Shown: piece after piece, positions 1-12,355 of the stretch
Numbering within the stretch: the stretch's first letter is position 1
Layout: every line of letters starts with the position of its first letter
The notes under the pieces: model-generated
Databases searched by the model: none
What the model saw: the letters and a program-made list of their open reading frames with translations, nothing else
What the model was told of the DNA's origin: nothing
Position numbers and translations under genes: made by a program
From: Xylographa opegraphella
Lineage: Eukaryota
Length of the DNA stretch: 64,000 nucleotides
Direction of reading: 5' to 3'
Assembly (NCBI GenBank): GCA_022813865.1
Contig: JALDZX010000019.1
Location: forward strand, 62,001 to 126,000

Positions 1-2
1 TA

Positions 3-1181
3 CAAGACACTGGGTTACCAGAAACAGCCAAGCCAGAACATCGCCTTATATGTCTTTACACCCTTGGTTTCAATGGGAAGACCGGCAAACTCTTCAGCTC
101 AGTCAACAACCTCGCAGAAAACGGTGATAATGCTCAAGCTTGTCTACTGTCCCTGATGTACAGCAACTCCGACCTCGCGCTCAAGGCTCTACAATCAGGT
201 CCTCGTAGAGATGAAACCATTCACAAAGGTCTCGCAATGGCAATCACCGCTTTCTCACTCATTGAAGAGGCCAGGCTGCAAGGAGAGCGCCGAAAGCTAG
301 CTTTGTCTCGCATTCAGGATTCAGTCAGCACCACCAATGAACCGTATGCCCAAGCCATCACATCTTATGTAACAGCAGGCGATTGGAAAACGGTTCTGCA
401 AATTCCCTTTGTACCTCTCCGCTACCGCCTCGCTATCGCCCTCCGCACGCTATCAGACGCCTTCCTTTCCACTTTCCTCGCTCATGAAACCTCCCAAGCC
501 ATTCTCCTCGGCGGCCCACAAGCTTTACCACTGACAGGGCTCACCACTCCCACACTTTCCTTGTTCCAGTCTTACCTTAATCGCACTAGCGACCTTCAAT
601 CCGCCGTCCTCGCCATGTCGTTTGCCGCTCCACGTTTCGTCCGCGATCTCCGCTTCGACGTTTGGCGCGCCGCCTACCGAAAGCAGCTCAACACTTGGAA
701 ATTGTTCATCGAGCGCACCTACTTCGACACCCAGTCCACTAAGCTGTCCGTCACCTGGGATGGGACCAAGATGTTGCAGCCCAGCCCCGCACAAGTAACC
801 CTTCGCTGCGGTAAGTGCGGCGATGCTCTGCATCGTGATGCGCCGCCGACAGAACTTTCGGCTTCTGTGGCTAGTGGAACCGTGGGCCACCATACAGGCA
901 GTATATTCGGAGACGCCCGGTCTGGGACCGTGTGTCCAAAATGCTACGCTCATCTACCGCGCTGCGCTATCTGCGATTTGTGGCTTGGAGTGCCAGATCC
1001 AAGGTCCAGGGGAGCGCTCACGGCAAATAGGGATCCGTTCGCGGAGGCGCTAGAAGTTTGTCTGCGTTGTAGCCATATGTACCATCGCGGACATGCTGAA
1101 GAGTGGTTTCGTGGACATGAGGAGTGTCCGGTGCCTGATTGCGAGTGTAAATGTAACGACCTGGATCATGCAGGGAGGTAG
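3..1181 (+). CDS. SEA4: SEACAT/GATOR2 subunit Sea4/MIOS-like protein, 3' part (gene starts left of the window)
   Basis: The frame is open from base 3. It contains DLQSAVL and WRAAYRKQLNTWKLFIERTYFD, then a zinc ribbon plus RING-like tail (CGKC...CPKCYAHLPRCAICDLWLG...CLRCSHMYHRGHAEEWFRGHEECPVPDCECKC) typical of Sea4/Mios. Confidence 0.85.
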   Translation, partial: QDTGLPETAKPEHRLICLYTLGFNGKTGKLFSSVNNLAENGDNAQACLLSLMYSNSDLALKALQSGPRRDETIHKGLAMAITAFSLIEEARLQGERRKLALSRIQDSVSTTNEPYAQAITSYVTAGDWKTVLQIPFVPLRYRLAIALRTLSDAFLSTFLAHETSQAILLGGPQALPLTGLTTPTLSLFQSYLNRTSDLQSAVLAMSFAAPRFVRDLRFDVWRAAYRKQLNTWKLFIERTYFDTQSTKLSVTWDGTKMLQPSPAQVTLRCGKCGDALHRDAPPTELSASVASGTVGHHTGSIFGDARSGTVCPKCYAHLPRCAICDLWLGVPDPRSRGALTANRDPFAEALEVCLRCSHMYHRGHAEEWFRGHEECPVPDCECKCNDLDHAGR

Positions 1182-2167
1182 GTATGGGGGGGCGACTTGG
1201 TTATGGTTCGAAGATTGCTCGGAGTAACGAGTGCTTGACTACCTAATACCCTGGGAGCGGGCGCTGAGGACTCGATTTATCACGAATACTGCTTCATATC
1301 AACCGGTCTCGTCTGTTTGAAGTTGATGTGGAATTGGCGATTTGCTCGTAGCCTTTTCTGCACATCTACTATGTCTACAAAAGAACCTAGTGACTCGGAG
1401 GCCTTCTTGGTGTCAATAACTTCTTGCCTAGGGTTCTCATCGATGCAGCACGTGGTACCGGCATGTCTTAAGCCGTCAATTACAACCAGCGGCTTCTGAA
1501 GGCGAGCCACGAGTTGGTCGGGTACGATCTTTCGGTTGTGGGCAGCTCGATTCCGAGGACAAGAAGATTGACAAAGCGAAAGTCCTTGCGGGGTTTCGAT
1601 TCATGGCAAGTTCTTTGAATGTATTGCAGCGTCAGGAGGCCGTGGTATCATAACCCTTCTGGACTTTTGGCTCTGTTGTTAGACATTCAGAGCTGTGCCA
1701 TTAGCATTTCAGGTAGAACAGGCTCATTGCGAGAGACGAAACTCTTTCGGATATGACATAACTTCTTTCACTGCCAGTCAAAGATAAAGTCAGAGGACTG
1801 GTCAGTGCATCTCCACTTCCATTATGGATATGTTCCAGTGTCCTCAAAATGGCTGTAGTGAATACATGGGGAAAAGCCGTTCGACTATTTACACTTGTTT
1901 GAGAGTACTCGGGCTGGTGCGCAGGACATACAGCAAAATGACTCGTGCAGAAAACTTTCCCACAATTTCTTCGCCAACTTATAAGATTGTGTGAGAAAAA
2001 GTAAGTTTTAGATGCTATGTTTGTCATTCCACTCAGCACCGGGTAACAAAGAATAGGTTCACGCTTTAATCCGCATGACGAGCACAACCTATACACGTTA
2101 GAAGATGTGATCAAACACCGACGAAAGAAATCATATGATATCAAGTTCGCCATCAGAAAGTACCAAC

Positions 2168-3451
2168 ATGGATAGTACAGCGGATGCTCAAATCCCGCTT
2201 TGGCTTGACTGCGATCCAGGTACACTGGTGAAGACCGCCAGCACGCCCTACCTGGGCGGCACCTTCTCTAACACTCCTTCTAGGTCATGATGTACATCAA
2301 ACCCTCTCCACCACATGGTTTATAATTTGTTGACCTTTTCATAAGGACGCCTTCGCCATTCTCATTGTTGCTCATCACCCCAATCTCCACCCTCTCGGTA
2401 TCAGCACCGTTCACGGCAATGCGTCCTTAGACCATACCACGGCAAATGCAAGTCGCGTCTTGCAAGCTGTTGGCCGCGCAGATATCCCTGTGTATCCTGG
2501 GTCGGCAAAACCATTTTGCAGAGAAGCTGTCGCAGCGCCCAACATCCATGGTAAACTTTCTGCCCTTGCAATGTATACCAGCATAGTACTAAAACCCCAA
2601 TTTCAGGCGTCTCCGGCCTCGATGGTACCGATCTCCTTCCTGCGGCTTCCTCTCCTCCCATAATACATACGCCTTATCTGCTTGCCATGAGATCTGCCCT
2701 TCTCGCATATCCGTCCGGAGTTGCCCATCTCGTCGCCACCGGCGCCCTCACGAACGTCGCCCTCCTCTTCGCCTCCTTTCCGTCCCTTGTCACACACATC
2801 GCCTCGCTAAGCGTCATGGGCGGCGCCCTTGGAGGCGGCTTCACTGATGCTCCGCTCGGGCACCTTACTGGTGAAGGCGAACGCATCGGGAACGTCTCAC
2901 GATGGGCGGAGTTCAACATCTACTGTGATCCGGAGGCTGCAGCAGCTATATTTGGGAACAAAGAGCTAGCAGCGAAAACGACACTTATTCCGCTGGACTT
3001 GACGCACCAAGTGCTTGGGACCGCTGAGGTGCAGCGGACGCTCTTGTATGGGAATTCAGAAGAGGGCGAGGAGCCAACGACATTGAGAAAGATGTTACAC
3101 GATTTACTGATCTTTTTTGCCGGGACATACACGGAGGTTTTTGGCTTGGTGGAGGGGCCGCCGCTGCATGATCCAGTTGCAGTGGCGGTACTACTGGACA
3201 ATTTCGGGTTCGAGCAGTTGGGGTTTGATGATCGAGGAGGAGAGAGGTGGGAAGTCAATGTTGTGACTGATGGACAGCACAGCAAGGATGAGAGTTTGCG
3301 GGGCCAGTTGGGAAGGACCGTGGTGAGTCGAGTAGATGGGGAAGGGGTGAGGATACCGAGAGGACTGGACGTGAAAGCCTTTTGGCGCGTTTTTGAAGAG
3401 TGCGTCCAAAGGGCGGAAGAGCGCTTGAAATGGAAGCGGAGCTTGGAGTGA
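2168..3451 (+). CDS. URH1: Inosine/uridine-preferring nucleoside hydrolase (4 exons)
   Basis: The spliced N-terminus reads IPLWLDCDPGHDDAFAI (exons 2168-2219, 2284-2291, 2346-~2550, ~2608-3451). Other motifs: ISTVHGN, ATGALTNVA, MGG, AEFNIYCDPEAA, PLDLTH, PLHDPVAV. Confidence 0.92.
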
Positions 3452-4277
3452 TTCAACGATTATGTGATTTGCCAATCGTTTTCTGGGGTTTCTATGGACT
3501 TGTAGAAAAGACAAGCGGAGTTCTCTTTGGGTAGCAAATACACATAATGTACTGAATATTTACTTGTAGCTTGGGTATATGATCTGTGGACATATTTGTC
3601 TCGGTATAATTGATCAGCGGACGCCAAGCAGTCTCATGTTCGACCAGGTAGGATATCCGGCAGTCGTTGAAGATACTTCTGCTGTCTAAGCGTCATGCCA
3701 TGTTTTCATCGGGTATGTCAGAAATCAACGACGCGTTCGTATTCCCATATGGTTTCTAGAGATTTGGGTCGCTGCTACCAGCCCATGTTGGGCATGAGAG
3801 TGTGCTGCTTGTTCCTTACCATATACAAACCGGAACAGGTTTTCTTCATTGTGTGCTTGTGGCAGAAGATAAGGATTGAGTCGTTACTGTAGTCACGGTT
3901 TCTGTGTCAAAGACACCGGAAGTGAGTTTGCTGGTACGTACTTTTACCTTTTGCTGAAGGGTCAGCGCTGGGTGCCCTACAGTGATGGAACTCCCGCATT
4001 AGCACTCATATACAGAGATGCCGAAATCATGGGTGCAGAATATTGAGAAATCCACAGTCGGATGAAATGCTGAAGATCTCGGAGATGTATCATTGATATA
4101 TGATATTGGGAATCTAAAAATGTGACAAGCAATAGCAATCGCCCAGAAGATCATCGTCAAAAATGCCACAATCCGAATGCGCCGTGGAACGTAGTGGACA
4201 ACTTGAGCGACATCAATGCATTCCAAACCCACCCTAGCCATAGCATTCCCATCTATGTTTCGGTCCTGTGCTCCCTA

Positions 4278-5381
4278 TCACTTGTTTGATACGACTTGCT
4301 TCTCGCCCGCAGCCTCAACGTCCGACCCACTCAAGTCACTTGAGTGCCTGTCCAGGGCTGGCCGACCGACACTGTTGTGTTCTTGCATCTGGGGAAAATA
4401 TTGTCCTTGAGAGAAGATTGTCAAGACGATGACAGCAATAAGACACATTCTAAATATTATTAGCCTGGGAGTCAAGTGATAGGTTGGGAACGTGAACATA
4501 CACTCCATCGAAGACGATAAACTCAACCTCATTCTGCATGATGGGACTCTTCCACCCATCAGCCAGCTCCGCGATACGGAATGCGCAACGGATGAAGATG
4601 GTGGTGAACGCAATGGTTACGGCAGCCACGAATAGGCGGAACTTGGTACTGTTGAAAACCGCAGTGGCGGACGGAGTCAAATTGTAGCGGTTGACATAGA
4701 CCCTTCGGAAGTACTCGGCACAAAGACCGCCGAAGACCATGAGGGTGAAAACCTGCCAGACGATACCGGCAAGCATGACGTTGCCGCCAGCATCTGCGAG
4801 TGTTTTGTTCCCTTTCGCGGTGGCAGCCGTACCGCCGCCTGCCGCCTGCAGGACAAGAGAGAGAAAATCGCAGGAGATGAAGATCCAAGGATAAAACTTG
4901 GGGGTTATTGGGGAATATTGAGGGCCCAGTGTGTTGACAATGTGCATGAGAGTCAAATAAATGGCAGCAGCAAGGAAGGCCTACAGCGTGTGTTAGGAAG
5001 GTGGCCATAACGATAGGACCAAAGGACTGACTGGTGCCATTATCAAACAGCAGATCTGCATTTCGAAGCCGACGTTGTCCCAAACGTTCTTGTGCAGAAG
5101 TATCCTGCCGACATAGCCTGTTTTACTGTGAGTCAGAGCTTCAGGGCCGCAGTTGATAATTTGGACTCACCAATGCACTCTGCCAGACATCCGAGCGCGA
5201 ACGGGATTGTAAAGCTCTTCGATTTATACTTGATTCCTTGGGCGACTTGAATAATAAGGCATAGGCCGAAAAATGCGGCGAAGAAGACATTGACGCCGAG
5301 ATTTGGAGCGTATCCATATACGGAGATGGACACAGGACAATAGGACGAGACTTCCAGGCATACATAACTAGAGTAAGACAT
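4278..5381 (-). CDS. RTA1/RSB1-like lipid-translocating exporter family membrane protein (multi-exon)
   Basis: YGYAPNL, GCLAECIGY, PKFYPWIFISCDFLSLVLQAAGGG, GIVWQV, IFIRCAFRIAELADGW; GT-AG introns between the ORF pieces. Confidence 0.88.
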
Positions 5382-6431
5382 GATGGAGTGTCCACAGTCG
5401 CTTAATGAGCACACCGGAGCAAAAAGGGCACGACAAGAGCTGGAAGGTATTCGAGGATATGATTGCTTGTGATATGAGAAAGTAGGAGAAATAGTCTAAG
5501 GTTTATATTGAAATGCTGTCAATGCTAAACAAATCTATAACTACCATGGCTCTCTGGGGAACGCAATAGGCTGCAGAAGACCCTACGTCTTCGATCCGAT
5601 AGTTACAGCCATCACGGAGCATCGGAAGTTCCGTCCAGGAGGCCGCACTCAGACGGGAGACTCGCGAAGTTGGTCGTGCTGCAGAAGCGGTGCAATCAAT
5701 AGGCAATGGGTCCACGATTCGGGGCTTCGGAGCCTCCGAGCCATGGCACCGGCGTAGGTTGCAGCGGCAGACTAGTTGCTGTCCCACATTTGAACACATT
5801 TGAATTGTTTGACGTTGTCCCGGTCGTGTGGGCGTGTCCTATGTACGCACGTACTCCGTACAGAAATGGCGATAGTGCAACGGTAAGATGTGATGGAAAG
5901 CTCTCGACCTCCGACACTGGGCCTTAGTCAGGCTCCCGAGCGTACTCTATGCCTCTCTCGGTTAGAGCTGTCGACGTAATCATGTTCTCAGAGCCTTGGC
6001 TCACTCTTACCGCTCCGCACCGTCTTTAATCCATCCCTATTGTTCTCTAGGCCGTCCAGCTGTTCTATGAATACGCACAATAATGGTGAAAAGACCAGTC
6101 ACCTTCTCAAGGATCAAGCGACCGATCCTTAGCTTTTGGCGCGTACCGTCGAGGTCGCCAAGCGTACCATCGCTGGCATGGACATGAGAGCAACTCCATA
6201 CAATCACCCCACGGTCACAGTGCCATGTGCTCTACCTCCGACCAACTTTCGCTGCAACTAGCGGACGTCGTCCTACCACTCTGCAATTGCGCTTGCGCCA
6301 AGTGCTACTCTACCGCGCCACCAGTCATCTTGCTGCCGGGGACGCGGGCCTTCGATTCCTTGCGCTGTTAACGACAAGGCGTTGGACACAGGACTTGTCA
6401 GTTCGGAGGCCATATCCGACTCAACCGCGAT

Positions 6432-8512
6432 ATGGTTTACGGGGGCCGTCCTTCCAGAGGATGTGTCAACTGTAAGAAAAGCCACGCTAAGGTAGACACG
6501 CCCTACTTATGAGTGAGAGCCCGAACGAGCTGCAAGGCTGATAGCAACTCGACAGTGTGACGAGGTCTTGCCGGCATGTTCGTTGTGCGTCAGGAGAAAG
6601 CTGGTGTGTCCCGGCTATAGGGATGATTTTGACCTGGTACTCCGCGATCAGACACAGGCATTACAGAAGAAAGAAATGCGGAAACACAGGAAAGATTCTG
6701 CTTCTGTCAAATCACTTGCTGACAACAAACTGTCCACTGCTCTGGTTGTTCAGAAAAGGTCAGTCGCGCCTGGTCGAAAACAGATGATTCCCAGCAGCCT
6801 TAATGTTACTGCTGAGGAACTGGCGATCTCCTCATGGTTTGACTCCTTCATTCTCCTATATCGCGACCAAGAGTCCAGGCGCGGCTATTTGGAGTATCTC
6901 TTACCCCTTTACACGTCCGCCAGATATGATTCGCCTTTGTCTATGGCTACTTCTGCGCTTGCCATGATCGTCTTTTCTGGCCCACCTTCTCACCGACCAA
7001 TGATGGACATGGCATTGAAAGTGTTCGGCGAAGCAATGGTTTTAACCCGGAAAGCTCTTCAAAATCCGGTTGATAGTAAGCATGACCAGACACTGATGGC
7101 AGTCTTGTTGTTAAGCATGGCCGAGGTATGTGTCATTTCATGGAAGTGCAAATAAATGTAAATACTATCCATGCTATAAGCACGTCACGTGTCGGTCACT
7201 TTCCGAGCAGCGTAGCCGCCATGCGATTCTAGGACTACAAAAATGTGTTTTGCATCATAGAAATCGGGAGCTTTCTTGATTCTGGGGGAGTGCTTCACAC
7301 CTTTATTATATTTCTTGTTCGAGTGGTGGTGGCAGGGGTTTGGTGCGCAAAATCGCTAACCTACCTAACCATATCAGGGCTTGCTTGCGATGGCGAATAG
7401 AACTGTTCCTTCCGGCGCACACGCTCAAGGGGCTGTCGCATTAGTCAAACATCGGGGCAGGGACAATTTCAAGAGCGACATTGCTCAACGACTCTTCATA
7501 GCAGTGCAGACGCAGATGGTGTGTCTCAGGAATAACCTTGCCAACATTTTGAACTGAAGCCTAATTCAAACAGGTTGGTCATGCAATACAGCACGGTGCA
7601 CCTGTAGAGAAGCTCCCAGAGCAATTTGCCGAAGATATCAAAGCCCTACCAAGCAACGCTGCGACACGATTGACTGCTCTGGAGGTAGAGGTTGCTGATC
7701 TTCTTGCAGCCGCAAGGTGGGCCCTTGATCCTGACCAGGGAACAGCACATAGCCAAATCTTCGGACTGAGTGCTTTGGCTTTGAATCTTGACGACAAGCT
7801 CTTTCACTGGGCCAACAATGTTCCTCAACAATGGAACCCATTGCCTGCAGAGGATACTTCACCGGCCGCATTGACCAAGTTTCAGGCCTTTGGAAGCAGA
7901 ATGGATATATACTCAGAAGTATGGGTGGTAAGCATATGGAACTCGTATCGCATCCTCCACATTGCCGTTCAAGAAGTGATCACGTGTTGTACTGCCTTGG
8001 ACGGAATGATCGATCAGATGCCGGGTAGCACCGATTACAGTATTCGGGACCACACAGAAGTTGGACAGCGGCTGGTCAACGACATCTGCGCTAGTATTCC
8101 ATATTGTCTTGGAAACCGAGTGAAGCACGAAGCAGACAGTGAGATCGATTACCCTTTTGCCGCTGGATCACGTATCACGAACGACCATCGTAAAGCAGCG
8201 AAGGCGCTCGGCGGATGGTATGTTCTCGGCTCTCTCAACGCGTGCTTGGGTGTGAGAGGCATAGCGGCAGATCAACTTCGCTGGATACGGTCACAACTAT
8301 CTCGTGTCAAGGGATTTTATAACTTGGGCCAGCCGCTGTCAACCGACAGCGAGGATCTTTCAGCTGGACATACTGACATTCCTCTGGCAGGACGTTCGCA
8401 TTGCTTGACGCGCATTTCTCAACCAGATGCTCAACTGATGGTACCGCAACTTGGTATCCCCGACCACTTGCACCGACGAAAAAAAACGGGCAATCCGATA
8501 GCACTAAGCTAA
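6432..8512 (+). CDS. Zn(II)2Cys6 transcription factor (4 exons)
   Basis: MVYGGRPSRGCVNCKKSHAK|CDEVLPACSLCVRRKLVCPGY, with the cluster split by intron 6492-6555. Later introns at ~7127-7377 and ~7519-7573. C-terminal WNSYR and DICASIPY motifs. Confidence 0.88.
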
Positions 8513-10228
8513 AATTGATTGAAAATACCGAAGTTGTGACTCTCCACTTCCCTGTAAGTGACTGCACAAACGCCCACCAGGACCGATCGCAGCATATGTG
8601 CATGCCTCCTTTGAAGTTCTAGCAGGGCAATCATTCAGTCCGCTCCAAGATCGAATGCCTAGGATCATCTTCGTGGCGCCAGTCTCGTGGAAGATACATT
8701 ACTTCCTCACGTTGATTTTCATTCTCACGAGCGTCTGGAGATTGGACAACCGTGTTTCATAGGCACGGCTTTGTACTTCCGTATCCACATGGATCGCACA
8801 GTAAAGTTCGAGCGTTCATTCCTCCCCCGAAAAACCAACGCAGGGCCGTTGTAATGATAGTAGTCTCCGCATCATCATCCTCCTTCAACAGCCACAATTC
8901 GGAAAGGGCCAAGCAGAGGCGGCACGTCTCAATGCTCAGGTAGGCATGCGTGTCCCAGAGGACCCTAGCATATAGCTTTTCGACTCGATCGCATAACCCA
9001 ACCAATTGCCCGCAACGTCGCCTTCCGCCATCGAGTTCCCCCACCCATCGAAGCTTTGGAAGCTTCGACGCACACGCTTCCGCCGGGTGGCCGCAGCGGT
9101 TTCGCCAGGGGAAAACAGGCAAGTTTGCACGGCCACCAATCGTATTGAAGACCCTCCCTGCGGGGCCCATGTGGTGTGGAGAACCTGGAGAGCGCTACGG
9201 TCAGTCTAGCCAGCTCGTCGACGGACATACTGTTAGTCTCCCTCGGAGTTTTGGGTTGAAAGGTCACTCGGAAGTCAGCACTGGGCAGGAGGCACGGACA
9301 CGCATTGGCCTGATCACCGAAGGGACAGAGTGGTGATAAGAGCCAGAGGCCATTGAGCAAGGGGACAGCTTCTTATAGCTGCAAAGAATAGACACTTCTA
9401 TAATTATTACTTTGAATGCGTGTGGATCGTGGGATCATCACGCTTGAGTTGGCCACGGAGCTGCGTGGCACCCGTCCAGAGTACAAGCGGGGTACGAGCC
9501 GGAATCCAGACGGGCGATCCGACTGCCCCCGCCGGACACGAGGCTGCGTCTGGGCTCCCCCCCCCCGGGCTGGCAGAACTCCAGATCCAGCACCTCGGGG
9601 ATGGTTGAACGATTTAGCCAAGGCCCGTTCCTCCAAATCATTAAATTGCATCCGTGACACCTCTGCACTCATTCTTCTCGGCCAATCTTCCTTACCGTTC
9701 ACTGTACTCTATCATACGTATTCCTGACCGACGAGACGTTTGTGGCCGCCGAGCCGTGAAATCGAATCAAGCGAAGCCGCTAACGAGGATAGCTATCCTT
9801 CCTCTCCTATCGATAGTGACGATAAGAGAGCGGAGGGGCCGTCTGCTCCGAGGAACCTCAGCAGACTACATGAGCGAGAACTCCCGGGTGAAGACAACCG
9901 CAGGCTTTGGATTTGCAGTCTCGTACCCTGTCGTCCACTGCACCAGTGTGCATTCTCGATCGAGGTGAAATTTCCAAAAAGCTGTAAGTACCGATCTCTT
10001 GCCGGTGCGACCGGCTGTGTGCTGGATGACAAGCTGACCATCCACGACTTCAAGGTCGCTATCTTCGCAGTATCTTGCCTCGAAATCATTCTGGACCCCA
10101 TGCGTCTCCTGTCTTGAATCAGCAGTGAGCTTTGCGTGGCGCGCTGTGGGTCACAAGCTCCTCTCAGTACACCTCCGACGATCGCCTGACCCAGCTCTTG
10201 GCGAGGAACGACGCCGAGCATTGCAATA

Positions 10229-12355
10229 ATGGCACAACTCGTTGAAGAGCATACGCTCATGTCGCCTGAGTCAATCTCCTTCACTCCTGCCCTCTCAGGT
10301 GCATTGCCAGACGAAGTCCCTCCAAAGCTCAAGGGACGTCGGCGTCTGCTCCAAAGTCTACAAAGGATGTCATCCTCCCCATCTTTAGCTAAGATGGGAC
10401 GAACCCCTGCCTCTAACTATAGAGGAGGTCAAGCATCTCTCTCCTGTGTTTCCCTGAATCCGACTACAACCACATATGGTCATTCACACAGCAGCTCGTA
10501 TGCCTCCCAATCCTCAGCTGGGTTCTCCACTGCTCCCACGTCTGTCGCCAGCACACCCGGTGCCGACATGCGATTCTTCAATTCGAAGAGCCGGATCCGA
10601 ATTGTGGATGACGAGATCACAAAGCACCGAATTATCTCCCCAACTAGTGTACCGGTGCCTGCAGAACTCCGATATGGCTCGATGGGAGCGACCCTGACTT
10701 CTGCTCCTCAACTCCAAGCGAATTTCCAGGATTATTTCTCGATACCTGTGGCGAAGCCAAAGGTCCCCCTAAGAAGGGTGAACTTTGATTTCTGGGGGGA
10801 GATGCCGAATGAGATTAAAGTGCAGATATTCCAGTATTTGCTTCCCAAAGAGATCATCCGGTGCTCGTCCGTGTCAAAGACTTGGCATAAGATGTGTTTT
10901 GATGGCCAACTGTGGATCAAGCTCGATACGTCGGGCTTTTATACAGATATCACGAGCGAATCATTGGTGAAGATCATGACTGGGGCCGGTCCTTTCGTCA
11001 GAGACCTGAACCTCAGAGGCTGCGTACAGATGCGGGAAAGGTGGCAGATGGACAGTCAAAAGATCACGGACGTGTGCAGAAACCTCGAGTACTTCTCCAT
11101 TGAAGATTGCCGCATTGACAGAAGCACTGTACACTGTTTCCTCCTCCGCAATCCTCGCTTAGTCCATATCAATCTTTCTCGTCTTTCCACATTGAACAAT
11201 TCAGCAATGAAGATCATTGCTCAAGGCTGCCCACAACTGGAGCATTTGAATGTTTCTTGGTGCCAGAACATCGATACCAAAGGCTTACAGAAAATTGTGG
11301 AGTCGTGTCCCAAGCTCAAGGAGCTTTGGGCTGGTGAAATAAAAGGATTTGACAACCATGAGTTCCTCCTGGAGCTTTTCAACCGCAACACGTTGGAGAG
11401 ACTCTTCATTTCTCATTGCGTAGATTTGAATGATGAAAGTCTTGCAATACTGATTCACGGCAAAGAACCTGAAATTGACGTGTTGACCGGCCGTACCATG
11501 GTACCGCCGAGGAACTTTCGCCACTTGAGCTTTGATCGCTGCAGCGCACTCACGGACCAAAGCCTGAAAATTCTCGCACATAATGTACCGAGATTGGTCG
11601 GTCTTCAAATTGATCAGTGTGCTAAATTGACGGACGATGCACTTACCGGAATCCTGGAGTCGACCCCGTATCTGACCCACCTCAACATGGAAGAGCTCGA
11701 CAAAGTCACCAATTCCACACTACAAAACATAGCCAAAGCGCCGTGCGCGAAATCGCTCGAGCACCTGAGCATAAGCTACTGCGAGAATCTCGGAGACACT
11801 GGTATGCTTCCCGTTATCAGAAATTGCCGGAAGCTGAAGAGTATAATGATGGATAACACCCGTATCTCGGATCTCGTACTCACAGAGGCTGCCGCTCAGG
11901 CAAGGCACAGAAATCGGAAGCGCACAGTCGGAAACGCTTCTGGAAAGCCTGAGATCGGCTTGAAGATGGTGGTATATGACTGCCAAAATGTGAACTGGAC
12001 TGGTGTTCGAGAAGTTCTCTCACGTAACGCTGAGTTCTATCGCTTACCACACGACTCGACGGCACCCACATATCCATGCGAGATCATCTCACTCAAATGC
12101 TTTTACGGCTACCAACCGACGGTCGAGGAGCACACAAAGCGCGTCCTTCGGGGCGACCTAGCACGAGCCAGCATGCTGGAGAGGAAGTGGGCTGAATACA
12201 TGGTTGCCACCGAAGAAGCTGGGGCACAAGGTGTAGGCCAGCGGAGACGCCGGCGACGTGCTCGAGATGCAGCAATGGTACACGCTGACGAAGAAGAAGG
12301 CGGTGCTCGAGGTGGAAGGAGGCGAGCCCGCAGTGGTGGCTGCATTGTTATGTGA
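10229..12355 (+). CDS. F-box/leucine-rich-repeat protein (FBXL2/20-like) with C-terminal CAAX box
   Basis: F-box FWGEMPNEIKVQIFQYLLPKEIIRCSSVSKTWHKMCFDGQLW; multiple cysteine-containing LRRs (LNLRGC, LEHLNVSWC, LSISYCENLGD); ends RRRARSGGCIVM*. Single exon. Confidence 0.9.
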   Translation: MAQLVEEHTLMSPESISFTPALSGALPDEVPPKLKGRRRLLQSLQRMSSSPSLAKMGRTPASNYRGGQASLSCVSLNPTTTTYGHSHSSSYASQSSAGFSTAPTSVASTPGADMRFFNSKSRIRIVDDEITKHRIISPTSVPVPAELRYGSMGATLTSAPQLQANFQDYFSIPVAKPKVPLRRVNFDFWGEMPNEIKVQIFQYLLPKEIIRCSSVSKTWHKMCFDGQLWIKLDTSGFYTDITSESLVKIMTGAGPFVRDLNLRGCVQMRERWQMDSQKITDVCRNLEYFSIEDCRIDRSTVHCFLLRNPRLVHINLSRLSTLNNSAMKIIAQGCPQLEHLNVSWCQNIDTKGLQKIVESCPKLKELWAGEIKGFDNHEFLLELFNRNTLERLFISHCVDLNDESLAILIHGKEPEIDVLTGRTMVPPRNFRHLSFDRCSALTDQSLKILAHNVPRLVGLQIDQCAKLTDDALTGILESTPYLTHLNMEELDKVTNSTLQNIAKAPCAKSLEHLSISYCENLGDTGMLPVIRNCRKLKSIMMDNTRISDLVLTEAAAQARHRNRKRTVGNASGKPEIGLKMVVYDCQNVNWTGVREVLSRNAEFYRLPHDSTAPTYPCEIISLKCFYGYQPTVEEHTKRVLRGDLARASMLERKWAEYMVATEEAGAQGVGQRRRRRRARDAAMVHADEEEGGARGGRRRARSGGCIVM

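Noticed and set aside
1280..2225. Minus-strand Cys/His-containing ORFs (CSSCG...CGKVFCTSHF)
   Set aside because: There is a faint zinc-finger resemblance, but I could not build a coherent spliced gene; the ORF overlaps the URH1 start and promoter.
8600..10228. Many short overlapping ORFs upstream of the F-box gene
   Set aside because: No motifs; more likely promoter or long 5' UTR, with a possible UTR intron at ~9984-10053.
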